DNA of 64,000 nt from positions 54,454 through 118,453 of the forward strand of contig SOJX01000079.1 of NCBI GenBank assembly GCA_004376375.1, written 5' to 3'. The notes beneath the pieces were generated by a model that was given only the letters and a program-made list of their open reading frames with translations, was not told where the DNA came from and made no database searches. Each line of letters starts with the position of its first letter. Within the stretch, counting starts at the first letter, position 1. Positions 9,221 through 18,529 of this stretch are shown here, one piece after another. Made by a program: the position numbers and the translations under genes. This stretch comes from Planctomycetota bacterium (GTDB lineage: Bacteria; Planctomycetota; E44-bin39).

Positions 9221-10981
9221 GTGCGCTTTCCCATCTTTTCCATCCTGATTATTCTCTTTATAGCGGCGCCGGTCGCGGGTGGTGAGGAGTTCATCGAGCG
9301 CGAAGCCACGTATTGGTACGAGATGTGGTTCCTCGGCAAGCGCGTGGGCTATATGACGGATCACGTTAACCTCGTGCGGCTTGACGGCCGGGAAGTATGG
9401 AAGATATACCGCGAGGAGACCCATTTCCGCAAAGGACCGGCCGGTCTTATCAAATTTTCCGCCGTATATGTTGATTACGTAACGAGGGATTTTTCCCTCA
9501 TTCGCGCCCTCCAGGCCGAGTTTGACGCGGACCAGGTCAAGACCACGAGCATCGAGGTTACGGGCAATACCGCGCTGGTTACCGTTTCGCTTGAGGGGCG
9601 GTCGACGTCGTTTTCCGTGCCCGTCGTTCCCGGAACGGTTACCGCCACCTCCGGCTTTCAGCTCTGGAAGTCCGACCTTCTGCGGGAAAACACCACCTTG
9701 CGTATTCCGGTCCTTGTCCCCGAGGAGCGTAAAGTATTCAAAGAGGTAATCCGGATCGGGACTTCCGAGTGCGTCGCCTTCGGCAACAGTACGTACAGGA
9801 TGTTTAATTCGCGCACCTCCCGCGCCGACCTTGCGGGGCTCGAGGATGAAACCATTTACGGAGAAGACGGCACGGAAATACTTCTGAAAATGGGCGGCAT
9901 GGAGCTGAGGTCGTCGACCCGCGAAGCCGCGCTTACGCAGCTCCCGGATGGTTTCGACGATATTGACGTTTCGATCAAAGTCGATGCGCAGCGGGACGAC
10001 TATCTCAAAGCCGACGATTTCGTCGAGTTCGTATTTGAAGTGACTGTAGAGGGTATAGACAACGCCTCGGCACTTTTCGAGCCGCATCCGGGAAGCGAGT
10101 TCATAAACGATTCGTTCGTGAGACTGTCGGAGGTTATGCCGATAATCGAAGGCGACATTATACCGGACGAAGTCAGGGTTTTCCTCGAGCCGTCGCTGAC
10201 CGTCCAGTCCGACGATCCTGAAATAGTTGAGACGGTAAGACGCATCCTTGGAGGCGAGGCGCACTCGCCCGTCGAAACCGCCGTGCGTCTCATGAACTGG
10301 GTATGCCGCAGCATGCGGTTCGACAGGGGGGGACCCGCCTCCAAAACAGCGCTTGCGGCCCTGCGCGAGCTGGGGGGGGATTGCTCGGAGTACGCGGTGC
10401 TTTTCACGGCGCTTTGCCGCGCTTCGGGAGTTCCCGCGCGGTCGGTCATCGGTCTTCTTCTCGAAAACGGGGAAATGACCTACCACCAGTGGGCCGAAAT
10501 CTATACTGACGGCCGCTGGATTCTCTGCGATCCGACCCGGCCGATGCACCCTGATCTTGCCGTGCTGCCGAAATATCTTGCGATCTGCCTCGACCGCGAG
10601 GACCGGGCCGGTACCAATCCCATTTATCGCCAGACCGCGCTGCAGGGACTTACGACCGTGCGCCTGGTGTCCGGCGTCACGATGGATGGAAATGTGATCG
10701 ATTTTACAAAGCCGCGGAAATCAAAATACCCGCCCCGCCTCGCGCTGAGAAAAGGTAAATACGGGCCTCCGCCTAAATTGAAGGAAAATATTTATCCGCC
10801 GTTTACCACGATCAAGAAGGGATTCTACCCCCCTTACACCGGCCCGGAGGTTTACAGGCACGCCCCGATAATTGAAACCGAGCAGCGCAGCTATCCCCGC
10901 CACCCGATCCCGATGCTGCCTTCGCACCGTGTTAAACGGGTCGAAGATCAAGAGAAAGAAAACAAGGGAATAAGGGAATAA
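9221..10981 (+). CDS. Exported transglutaminase-like (Cys-His-Asp) protein
   Basis: Signal peptide; GDCSEYA, RASGVPAR, YHQWAEIY, WILCDPT; Pro/Tyr-rich tail. Confidence 0.85.
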   Translation: MRFPIFSILIILFIAAPVAGGEEFIEREATYWYEMWFLGKRVGYMTDHVNLVRLDGREVWKIYREETHFRKGPAGLIKFSAVYVDYVTRDFSLIRALQAEFDADQVKTTSIEVTGNTALVTVSLEGRSTSFSVPVVPGTVTATSGFQLWKSDLLRENTTLRIPVLVPEERKVFKEVIRIGTSECVAFGNSTYRMFNSRTSRADLAGLEDETIYGEDGTEILLKMGGMELRSSTREAALTQLPDGFDDIDVSIKVDAQRDDYLKADDFVEFVFEVTVEGIDNASALFEPHPGSEFINDSFVRLSEVMPIIEGDIIPDEVRVFLEPSLTVQSDDPEIVETVRRILGGEAHSPVETAVRLMNWVCRSMRFDRGGPASKTALAALRELGGDCSEYAVLFTALCRASGVPARSVIGLLLENGEMTYHQWAEIYTDGRWILCDPTRPMHPDLAVLPKYLAICLDREDRAGTNPIYRQTALQGLTTVRLVSGVTMDGNVIDFTKPRKSKYPPRLALRKGKYGPPPKLKENIYPPFTTIKKGFYPPYTGPEVYRHAPIIETEQRSYPRHPIPMLPSHRVKRVEDQEKENKGIRE

Positions 10982-11231
10982 GGGGAAAGAAGTACCGAGT
11001 ACCGAGTACCGAGTACCGGGTACCGGGTACCGGGTACCGGGTACCGAGTACCGAGTACCGGGTACCGGGTACCGGGTACCGGGTACCGGGTACCGAGTAC
11101 CGAGTACCGAGTATCGAGTACCTGGTACTTGGTGCTTCTTTAGGGCTGAATGCTGATGGCTGAAAGCTGAAAGCTCAAAGACCTGCTCCCTGTTTTTTTA
11201 ACTTATAACTTTAAACTTATAACTTTTAACT
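10961..11231. repeat. Composite intergenic tandem arrays: AAGGGAAT x3, GTACCG(A/G) x~20, GCTGAAA x~5, AACTTAT x~4
   Basis: Seen directly; the ends of the GTACC array are inverted (AAAGAAGTACCGAGTACC / GGTACTTGGTGCTTCTTT). Confidence 0.9.
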
Positions 11232-13557
11232 ACTTCTTCTCCAGGTCCGCGAATCGGGTCTTGCCGTACCTTTCCACCAGGAACCGGATGGTTTTCTTTG
11301 ATTCGTCTTTCAGCGCCTCGGCAATCAGGCCCTTGAAGTGATCGAGGCTTCGAATGGGAACGCCGTCGACCTGGCGGACTATTTCGAACGTTCTCAGCTT
11401 TGCGATTTCAGCGGCAGACCCGGTTTCCACTTTCGATACGACGACGCCCTGCGCGTCTTCGGGGAGTTTGTGGAAGAAGCGGGCCTCGTATGTCAGCTCT
11501 TTCATGGTGAACCCGAGCGCTTCGTCCTTGTATTTTTCGGCCGAGTTGAAATCCGCGGGCGCGTCCTCTATGGTGAGGGAGACTGTTTTCGTTTCGTATC
11601 CTTCGGTGCCGGTTTTCCTGAGAAACGAAATTTCGATCCGGCGGTCCTTTCCTATCCACGTCATGAGCTCGGTGAGCGTGTTTTTCCGATTGCGCCACGG
11701 CGTGGGCGCCATACGGCCGCCGCCGTAGCGGGAACGGCCGCCGTATCCGTACGACGGTCTGTAACCGCGGTACCCGCCTCCGTATCCGGTCAGCTCGTAT
11801 GAAGATTTTTCATCGACCGGTTTCACCGAAAGGAGGATATCGCCTTTCCTGAGGTTGAGCCGTTTCGCCGGCGAACCGGGGTATATGTGCACGACAAGCA
11901 TTCCCAGCATGCCGTTCTTCGTAGAGTCGAGTATTTCGAGGTGCTTGGCGAGGTCGTGCTGCATCGACTGGTACTCGACCCCGAGCCATGCGGATTTCTT
12001 GGCCTGTTCGCGGGTAAGGACTTTATACGCCGGGTCGAAATGCTGGCCCGGCAGGTCGAACACTTCGGCCAGGTCGTTGAAGAAGAAGAAGCGGGGATAA
12101 CCCGTTTTACGGGATGCGGATGCCGCCTGTTTTGTTCCCTTGGGCCCTGAAGAATATTCCTGGGACTTGAAGCCGACCACGCATCCTTCCGGGTCGATGA
12201 GAAAGCCGCCGGGCCCCATGCTTTCCATGAAAGACGGGACCGGCTTGTCTTCAAGCCCGGCGTGAAAGTCCGAGACCCTGTTCGGGGTGAAATAGATGTG
12301 CCGTCCGCCGTAGCTGTGGGAAACCTGCGCGGTATAGAAGAGTCTGCCGCGCTGGGCGGACACGCTGCGCCTGACGGCGGGCGCGGCGGAGGCTTTGAAG
12401 TCTTTGACCGTGAGCAGGATTCCTTCGAAGTTCTGGAAATTCCCCTCGAAGTGGGCGTTGCTCGTCGTTTCGCCGTACTTGACGGTGATGCGGTCAATCA
12501 GCTTCGTACGCTCCACGGTGAACGAGTGGGGAACGAGCAGCGTGCCCTCGCCGTCGAGGAATACCCCGTAGAGTTTCACCTCGTCGAGCAGCCCGCTTCC
12601 GGAATAATATCCATAGCCGGGCTGGTCGTCTTCTTCCACCTCGGGGCGGAAGACAAAGGTTACGAGCGGGAGCGTGTTCGGGGCGATATCGTCCCGGAAC
12701 TTTTCCCATAACCCCAGCACGTCCTTGATCGCGTACTGCTTGCCTCTTTGAATATCGGTGCCGTCGTATGACGTGCGGTTATTTTTTTCACGCCAGAGAA
12801 ACCAGCTGGTCGATACGCCGTAGGGTTTTCCGTCCTTGTCGAGCAGCAGCGACGGGATGTTGCTCGAGCCCGCCCCCAGTATGCGGGTATCGCCGTCCGC
12901 ATTCTTGCTTGTTACCGTCTGCACGGAAACCTGGATCATCCAGTTGCAGTTGCGCCTGTACATATATCCGACCGCGTGCATGTCGCCGAGCCCCGTCGGC
13001 GGTTTGCCGTTGAAGCGGGGCGCGTCCAGCTTGCCCGAGGAAGTGTCGACCTTGAGGACGTAGCCCCTGAAGCCGTCGAGCAGGCCGGCGGGCACGGCGG
13101 TGTGTTTCTTGCCCGCGGACGTGACGACTTCGATGGACTCGACGTCTTCGGGCCGAAGAAACGTGATATCCACAAGCACACGGTCGGGTCCTATTACCAC
13201 GCCGCCTTCGTGCAGAAGCGTCGACATGCGCCTGTACCGTTCGAGCATTCTGCGGTAGGATGGATGGAGGTCCTTGAGCTCCCTGTCGTCCGACGGCGGA
13301 GGGGTGAAGCTGATGGAAACGCCCACGCAGTAGCGCCTGGCGGCCTCGGATGCTTTTTTGAAAAGGTCCTTCTCGGGGTCGGCGGCCAGTTTTTTTGCAG
13401 CCGGGAACGGTTTCAGCCTCGGCCCGACCGGCAGTTTTTCCGGCTCGCCCGACCAGACGGTCGGCGCCGCCGCGAGTATGAGCGCAGCCGCCCCGACGAA
13501 AAGAAAAGTGGTAATAAGTAAAACAAAACGGGTCCGGTTGGTTTTATTTTTCTTCAT
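11230..13557 (-). CDS. Exported HtrA-like PDZ protein with degenerate (likely inactive) protease domains
   Basis: Signal peptide; two trypsin-like remnants lacking TNxHV/GNSGG; WLGV plus two PDZ domains (PGSPA..L..GDIL; GSAAEIAKL). Confidence 0.7.
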   Translation of the reverse strand: MKKNKTNRTRFVLLITTFLFVGAAALILAAAPTVWSGEPEKLPVGPRLKPFPAAKKLAADPEKDLFKKASEAARRYCVGVSISFTPPPSDDRELKDLHPSYRRMLERYRRMSTLLHEGGVVIGPDRVLVDITFLRPEDVESIEVVTSAGKKHTAVPAGLLDGFRGYVLKVDTSSGKLDAPRFNGKPPTGLGDMHAVGYMYRRNCNWMIQVSVQTVTSKNADGDTRILGAGSSNIPSLLLDKDGKPYGVSTSWFLWREKNNRTSYDGTDIQRGKQYAIKDVLGLWEKFRDDIAPNTLPLVTFVFRPEVEEDDQPGYGYYSGSGLLDEVKLYGVFLDGEGTLLVPHSFTVERTKLIDRITVKYGETTSNAHFEGNFQNFEGILLTVKDFKASAAPAVRRSVSAQRGRLFYTAQVSHSYGGRHIYFTPNRVSDFHAGLEDKPVPSFMESMGPGGFLIDPEGCVVGFKSQEYSSGPKGTKQAASASRKTGYPRFFFFNDLAEVFDLPGQHFDPAYKVLTREQAKKSAWLGVEYQSMQHDLAKHLEILDSTKNGMLGMLVVHIYPGSPAKRLNLRKGDILLSVKPVDEKSSYELTGYGGGYRGYRPSYGYGGRSRYGGGRMAPTPWRNRKNTLTELMTWIGKDRRIEISFLRKTGTEGYETKTVSLTIEDAPADFNSAEKYKDEALGFTMKELTYEARFFHKLPEDAQGVVVSKVETGSAAEIAKLRTFEIVRQVDGVPIRSLDHFKGLIAEALKDESKKTIRFLVERYGKTRFADLEKK

Positions 13558-15022
13558 CTTTTTTATCCTGCTTACGGTAATCGAGGACGAGGTAATAGTG
13601 ATAAACCTGCCGCTGAATTTCCATAAGCGCTTTTCGTTCGTCGGCAGGACGGGTTATCAGTTCTTCGTACACCTGTTTCATCTCGGAGAGGGATTCCACG
13701 GCGCGCCCATCGATCTTGACGATTATGTCTCTCCGCCTAAGGCCGGCGGCCGAGGCCGCGCCCCCGGGTTTGACGCCCTGTATGTAGACTCCCTTCGGGC
13801 GGTAAAAGGAGATTACGGGGTCGGCGTGTTTCGAGATTTCCTTTACCGTGAATTTCCATTTCTTGCACTCGAAGTCGGAGCCTTCGCTTTTACCGCGCTC
13901 GATCGGGGTTATTATTATCTGTATCAGCTTGCCGCCCCTTTCCACGTCGAGGGTGGCCTGGTCTTCAATGGGAAGGGTCGCGAAGCGGAGCCTGATACCG
14001 GGAAGGGCGTTCTTGTAAATCGCGTCGACCGGTTCGCCGTTGAGCTTGAGGATAAGGTCGCCCGCCAGGAGGCCGGCGCCGTAAGCCGGTGAGCCGGGCT
14101 CCACGGAGGCCACGATTACACCGCGTTCAAGGATTGATGAGATGTCTTTTGAAAAATCGCGGAGGGCCTGGAACTTTATGCCGTTCCAGGCGCGGACTAT
14201 GCGCTTGTTTTTTCTCAACTCCTCGTAAATGGGTTTTACAAGTGAAGCCGGGATGGCGAAGCCGATGTTGTCGCCGAACATGATTTTCCGCGCGTTTATG
14301 CCGACTATCTTGCCGTTCGAATCCACCAGCGGTCCGCCGGAGTTCCCGGGGTTTATCGCCGCGTCGACCTGGACCCAGAGCGTGTACGGCTGGTCGTTGT
14401 CTTCCAGCGAGCGGTTCGTGCATGATACGACGCCGACCGAAATGGACCGGTCGAAGCCGAACGGGCTGCCCATCGCCATGACGTGCTCGCCTTCCCTGAG
14501 CTCCGAGCTGTTGCCGAAAGTGGCGAACGGGAGGCGGAGCTTTTCGCCCTTTTTCAGCTTGCCGCTCTTTCTGCGGATTTCCTCGAGCGCGTCTAGGTCC
14601 AGCTTCAGGACGGCGATGTCGGTTTCGCGGTCGAGGCCGATGATGGTCGCGGGGATTTCCTCCTTGGTGGCGAGGACGCACTTGATACGTTTCGCCTTTT
14701 CGGCGACGTGGTTGTTCGTTATGACGAATCCGGCAGGGTCCACGATGACGCCGGACCCGAAAATCTGCCGGCTTCTGCGTTCGCCGCCCGAGAATTCTTC
14801 CTGGACCGGTTTGACGAAAACCAGGGCCGGGAAGACCTTTTCCTTGGCCTTGAGGATTATGTCGCCGAACCGGCTGTCGAGCAGTTTCTTCACGTCTTCG
14901 GCGAACGGCCCGAATTCCTTGCGTTTTATCGGCTCCTCCTCCTTCGGGATTACCCTGCCCCAGCAGCCGGGGGAAAAGCCGAGGCCGGTCAGAAGGAAGA
15001 TACATATTATTCGTTTCAGCAT
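13544..15022 (-). CDS. HtrA/DegP-family serine protease (2 PDZ), possible lipoprotein
   Basis: GSGVIV, TNNHV, TDIAVLK, DAAINPGNSGGPL, two PDZ domains. Confidence 0.93.
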   Translation of the reverse strand: MLKRIICIFLLTGLGFSPGCWGRVIPKEEEPIKRKEFGPFAEDVKKLLDSRFGDIILKAKEKVFPALVFVKPVQEEFSGGERRSRQIFGSGVIVDPAGFVITNNHVAEKAKRIKCVLATKEEIPATIIGLDRETDIAVLKLDLDALEEIRRKSGKLKKGEKLRLPFATFGNSSELREGEHVMAMGSPFGFDRSISVGVVSCTNRSLEDNDQPYTLWVQVDAAINPGNSGGPLVDSNGKIVGINARKIMFGDNIGFAIPASLVKPIYEELRKNKRIVRAWNGIKFQALRDFSKDISSILERGVIVASVEPGSPAYGAGLLAGDLILKLNGEPVDAIYKNALPGIRLRFATLPIEDQATLDVERGGKLIQIIITPIERGKSEGSDFECKKWKFTVKEISKHADPVISFYRPKGVYIQGVKPGGAASAAGLRRRDIIVKIDGRAVESLSEMKQVYEELITRPADERKALMEIQRQVYHYYLVLDYRKQDKKDEEK

Positions 15023-15070
15023 GGGTCCTCCGTATCGATTTGATTGCTGAATGCGGGAAATCGGAGTGCT

Positions 15071-15099
15071 ATTTTATACATGTCGGGGGAGTATGTCAA
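15071..15099 (-). promoter_or_regulatory. Sigma70-like promoter upstream of htrA
   Basis: TTGACA-17nt-TAAAAT on the minus strand. Confidence 0.55.
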
Positions 15100-15120
15100 A
15101 CAAATCACATTGCTAAAATC

Positions 15121-15657
15121 TCAGTAACGCTCCTCATCATAAGTGCAGAAGGTTCTTCCGCCTTTCCGGATAAGTGAAAATTTCCAGTATGGTCCTTTGG
15201 ACTTTGCCTTTTCGCTGTCTGCAATCGAGAATATGAAAAATCCTTCGTGCTCCATGGACGCGTTCACCTTTTCCGCCGATTCCGGGTTGAGGGATTTCAG
15301 GCCGGAGTATGCTTCCTTCAGGCTCATCGGGCCTTTTTTCAGAATGCCCTCGAAATACATGTTGAGCGCCGACTTTATTTTTTCGCCTTTTTCCAGGTCG
15401 ACTATTATCTCTTTCCATACATGGTCGGGCAGTTTCTTGTTGTGACTGTTATCTAACGGGATGTATACCCGATGTAATGCTTTTCCGGAGTCATCCGCCG
15501 GGTACTGCAAAACGGCCCTGTCGATAACCGACCACCTCTTGGGAGATAAATCATTTAAAGTCTGACCTGACCGGCAGCCAACCTGAAATAAACAGCAGAT
15601 AACCGCTATCGCTCCAGGGGATGTTATACGTTTTGCGATTTTTGAAAAGAATTGCAT
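15121..15657 (-). CDS. Hypothetical lipoprotein
   Basis: Hydrophobic N-terminus with a QVGC lipobox-like motif; 7 bp after tldE. Confidence 0.6.
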   Translation of the reverse strand: MQFFSKIAKRITSPGAIAVICCLFQVGCRSGQTLNDLSPKRWSVIDRAVLQYPADDSGKALHRVYIPLDNSHNKKLPDHVWKEIIVDLEKGEKIKSALNMYFEGILKKGPMSLKEAYSGLKSLNPESAEKVNASMEHEGFFIFSIADSEKAKSKGPYWKFSLIRKGGRTFCTYDEERY

Positions 15658-15664
15658 GCCTGTT

Positions 15665-16969
15665 TTAGAACTCTGTCGTGCTCGTGAAATTGAAATCCCG
15701 GGTTTTCACCGCAGGAATGAGCATGCCGAAGTATTCTCCCGTGCGCTCGGGCGGACTCAATGCCTCGACGCGGCTGAGCACGTCGAGCAGCCGCACGTTG
15801 AAGCGGAGGTGCTTGAGCGGCTTTGCGATTTTGCCGTTCTCGATTAGAAAGAGGCCGTCGCGGGTCATGCCGGTTACGAGCGGCACCATCGGATCGACGG
15901 TACGTATGTACCAGAAGCGCGTGACCAGGATGCATTTATCGGTTGAGGCTATCATCTCGTCGACGGATGTATCGCCGCCTTCCATTAATATATTCGAAGG
16001 CCATCCCGTCGGCTCTTTTCCCTTTTCTTTGGCCCAGTAGCGCGAGTAGGACAGGTTTTCCACGACGCCGTTCTTTATCCAGTTGAGCTTCCGCGAGGCC
16101 AGGCCGTCGCCCTGAAACGGGCTTCCGGGGCAATTCGGGTCCGTATGGTCCGAATAGATGGTGATGTTTTCGCCGCAGATTTTCGTGCCGAGCTTGTCGC
16201 GCAGGAAAGTCCTGCCTTCATCGGTTGCCTTCGCATCGAACCCGCCCCAGAACATGAACATGAGCAGCTCTGCGACCGCGGCGGGGCGAAGTATCACTGT
16301 GTATTCGCCCGGCTCCGACGCGGCCGGGTCCTGTGAATTCTCGGCAATCCTGAGGGCCGTCTCCGCCACGCTCGTGGCGTTGACGTCTTCCACATTTTCG
16401 GAAATCTTCTCCGCCCAGCCCGAGCTGGTGGGCGTGAGCACCGTCATATGGGTCTCGGCGTTCGTGCTCCGGTGGTATGCCCTCAGACCGGCCGAGTTGG
16501 CCATCGCATGAAAGCCGTAACCGCTGCTGAAAGCCCCGGAGAGCTTGAGGTCTTTCTTATTAACCATCCCTATGGCCGTGCTAATGTCTCTTGCCCTGGA
16601 GATAGGATCATATTCGACAGTCTTATCGAAATGGGCCTTTACGTCCGTATACTTCCCGCTTTCTGCCGCGTCGACGGGGGGCATGTGCTCCGGGTCAGGC
16701 GGTGAAATCTTTGCAATGTCCTCGGCGCGTTTTACGAGCGCTTTGAGGGAACCGTCGCTCAGGTCATTCGTGGATGCGCTGCCGTGGCTTTGACCGTAGG
16801 CGCTGGTCACGTTAAGCGAGATGTCGTTCTGGCTGACGTTCTGCGTGATGGCGTTATCGGAGAACCTCGTGGAGTCGCTTACGCCTCCGTGGACGGCCGC
16901 TACCGTTTCTTCCGCGTCCGCGTAGCCGAGAACTTTTTCCAGAATCTGAGTCGCTTCGGATTTATTCAT
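15665..16969 (-). CDS. TldE/PmbA-family protein
   Basis: TRFSDNAITQN, PGEYTVILRPAAV, LVTRFWYIR, TGMTRDG; no HExxH; overlaps tldD. Confidence 0.88.
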   Translation of the reverse strand: MNKSEATQILEKVLGYADAEETVAAVHGGVSDSTRFSDNAITQNVSQNDISLNVTSAYGQSHGSASTNDLSDGSLKALVKRAEDIAKISPPDPEHMPPVDAAESGKYTDVKAHFDKTVEYDPISRARDISTAIGMVNKKDLKLSGAFSSGYGFHAMANSAGLRAYHRSTNAETHMTVLTPTSSGWAEKISENVEDVNATSVAETALRIAENSQDPAASEPGEYTVILRPAAVAELLMFMFWGGFDAKATDEGRTFLRDKLGTKICGENITIYSDHTDPNCPGSPFQGDGLASRKLNWIKNGVVENLSYSRYWAKEKGKEPTGWPSNILMEGGDTSVDEMIASTDKCILVTRFWYIRTVDPMVPLVTGMTRDGLFLIENGKIAKPLKHLRFNVRLLDVLSRVEALSPPERTGEYFGMLIPAVKTRDFNFTSTTEF

Positions 16970-18411
16970 TTCGTGGCACCTCCCACGTCAATCTGTCTGA
17001 ACCGCGCAGGAGCGGAACCGTGTGTCATATAGGCAACCTGCATCGGATCCCCTTTTCCGCACCCCATTATGCCGTAAGGTATCCAGAACCTTTCGTCGCA
17101 GACGGCGTCAAGCGAGCCCCAGAAATCGGTGGTTATGGCCTGGTATGTGACGTCCTTGAGGATCGCGCCCAGTTTGCCGTCCTTGATTTCCCAGAAGCAG
17201 TCGCCGCCGAACTGGAAGTTCTGACGCTTCTGGTCGATGGAGAACGAGCCCATGCCGTCGATGAAAATCCCGTCCTTTGTGTCCGCGATCAGTTCTTCGA
17301 GCGTAAGCGGCTCCGTACCTGCGGCAAGGCCGATATTGGACTGCCTGACAATCGGTATCGATTTCCACGAATCGGCCCTGCAGCTTCCATGCGAGCGCTT
17401 TGCGCCTATCGCGTGGCTCACCTCGCGCCCGGTCATATAGTCCACGAGGATGCCGTCCTTTATGACGTGCCACTTCTGGCTTTTGACGAAGTCGTCGTCG
17501 TAACCTTTCGTGGCGAGGCCGTTCGGCATGGTGTTGTCGCAGATAATATTCATAAGCGGCGAGCCGTATCTCAGGCTGCCGAGCTTGTCAATCGTTGCGA
17601 AACTCGAGCCGGCAAGGCTTTCCTCCATGCCGAGCACGCGGTCAAGCTCGGTGGCGTGGCCGATTGACTCGTGCATGGTGAGCGCGAGGTGGGACGGGTG
17701 AAGGACGAGGTCTTTCTTCCCGACCGGGCATGGCTTGCCTTTGAGCTGCGCGACCGCCTCCTCGCCGACGCGCTGCGCCTCCGCGAGGAGCGGCGTATTC
17801 TCGATATGCTCGTAACCGATGTTCAACGGAATTGCTTCAAAGTAGCGGGTCTTTGCGGTGGTTTCTCCCACGGCCGTGGCGTCGTACTGTGCGCTGCTTA
17901 TTACTATTTCGCTTTCGAGCACGCTTCCTTCGGAGTTGGCGAGGTAGCGGTGCTCGCCTTTGAAGTGCATGTAGGAGTGGCATTTGCTGACGCCCTTGAC
18001 TCCCAGCACTTCCTTGTTGATCGACAGGAGGAGATTTATTTTTTCCTCGAGCGGCACCTCAAACGGGTCTTTCTCGAAAGCCGTTCTGAACGCATCCTGA
18101 TGGGGCTCCTCCTCAGCCCAGTGGATTCCGTCGGGTGCCGGTGCCAGCGCGCTGGCTCTGGCGATATTAACCGCCAGCGAAGCGATGCGTTCGATTTCAT
18201 TTTTTTCAAGGACCGCGCTTGCGGCAAAACCCCAGGCCCGGTCGGCAATCACCCTTACCCCGATTCCCATGGAGTCGGAGTCCTGGATTCTCGCGACGCG
18301 CTCGTCTTCGGTTGCGACGAACTGGGTGCGCATCCTGACGATACGTGCGTCGGCGTATGTCGCGCCTTTCTGCTTCGCGATTTCGAGAGCGTGCAATAGT
18401 AAGTCCTTCAA
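16966..18411 (-). CDS. tldD: TldD-family metalloprotease
   Basis: GATYADARI, HESIGHATELD (HExxGH), SFSIDQKR.NFQFG, CGKG; TTG start with AGGAG. Confidence 0.9.
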   Translation of the reverse strand: MKDLLLHALEIAKQKGATYADARIVRMRTQFVATEDERVARIQDSDSMGIGVRVIADRAWGFAASAVLEKNEIERIASLAVNIARASALAPAPDGIHWAEEEPHQDAFRTAFEKDPFEVPLEEKINLLLSINKEVLGVKGVSKCHSYMHFKGEHRYLANSEGSVLESEIVISSAQYDATAVGETTAKTRYFEAIPLNIGYEHIENTPLLAEAQRVGEEAVAQLKGKPCPVGKKDLVLHPSHLALTMHESIGHATELDRVLGMEESLAGSSFATIDKLGSLRYGSPLMNIICDNTMPNGLATKGYDDDFVKSQKWHVIKDGILVDYMTGREVSHAIGAKRSHGSCRADSWKSIPIVRQSNIGLAAGTEPLTLEELIADTKDGIFIDGMGSFSIDQKRQNFQFGGDCFWEIKDGKLGAILKDVTYQAITTDFWGSLDAVCDERFWIPYGIMGCGKGDPMQVAYMTHGSAPARFRQIDVGGATK

Positions 18412-18529
18412 GTGAGTCTTCTCCTAACATAATGAAAGCGGTTATCTCATGTTGGGAACAGATGCCAAGAGTATCAACCAGCGGCGGCAATCTGTCAAGA
18501 AAAATTGTGATGGTGGTTTATTGGGAAGC

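Noticed and set aside
10991-11136. Long regular repeat as a CRISPR array
   Set aside because: The unit is 7 bp and contiguous, with no unique spacers and no cas genes in the window
15121-18411. TldD/TldE as part of a RiPP cluster
   Set aside because: No precursor peptide, YcaO or other modifying enzymes are adjacent
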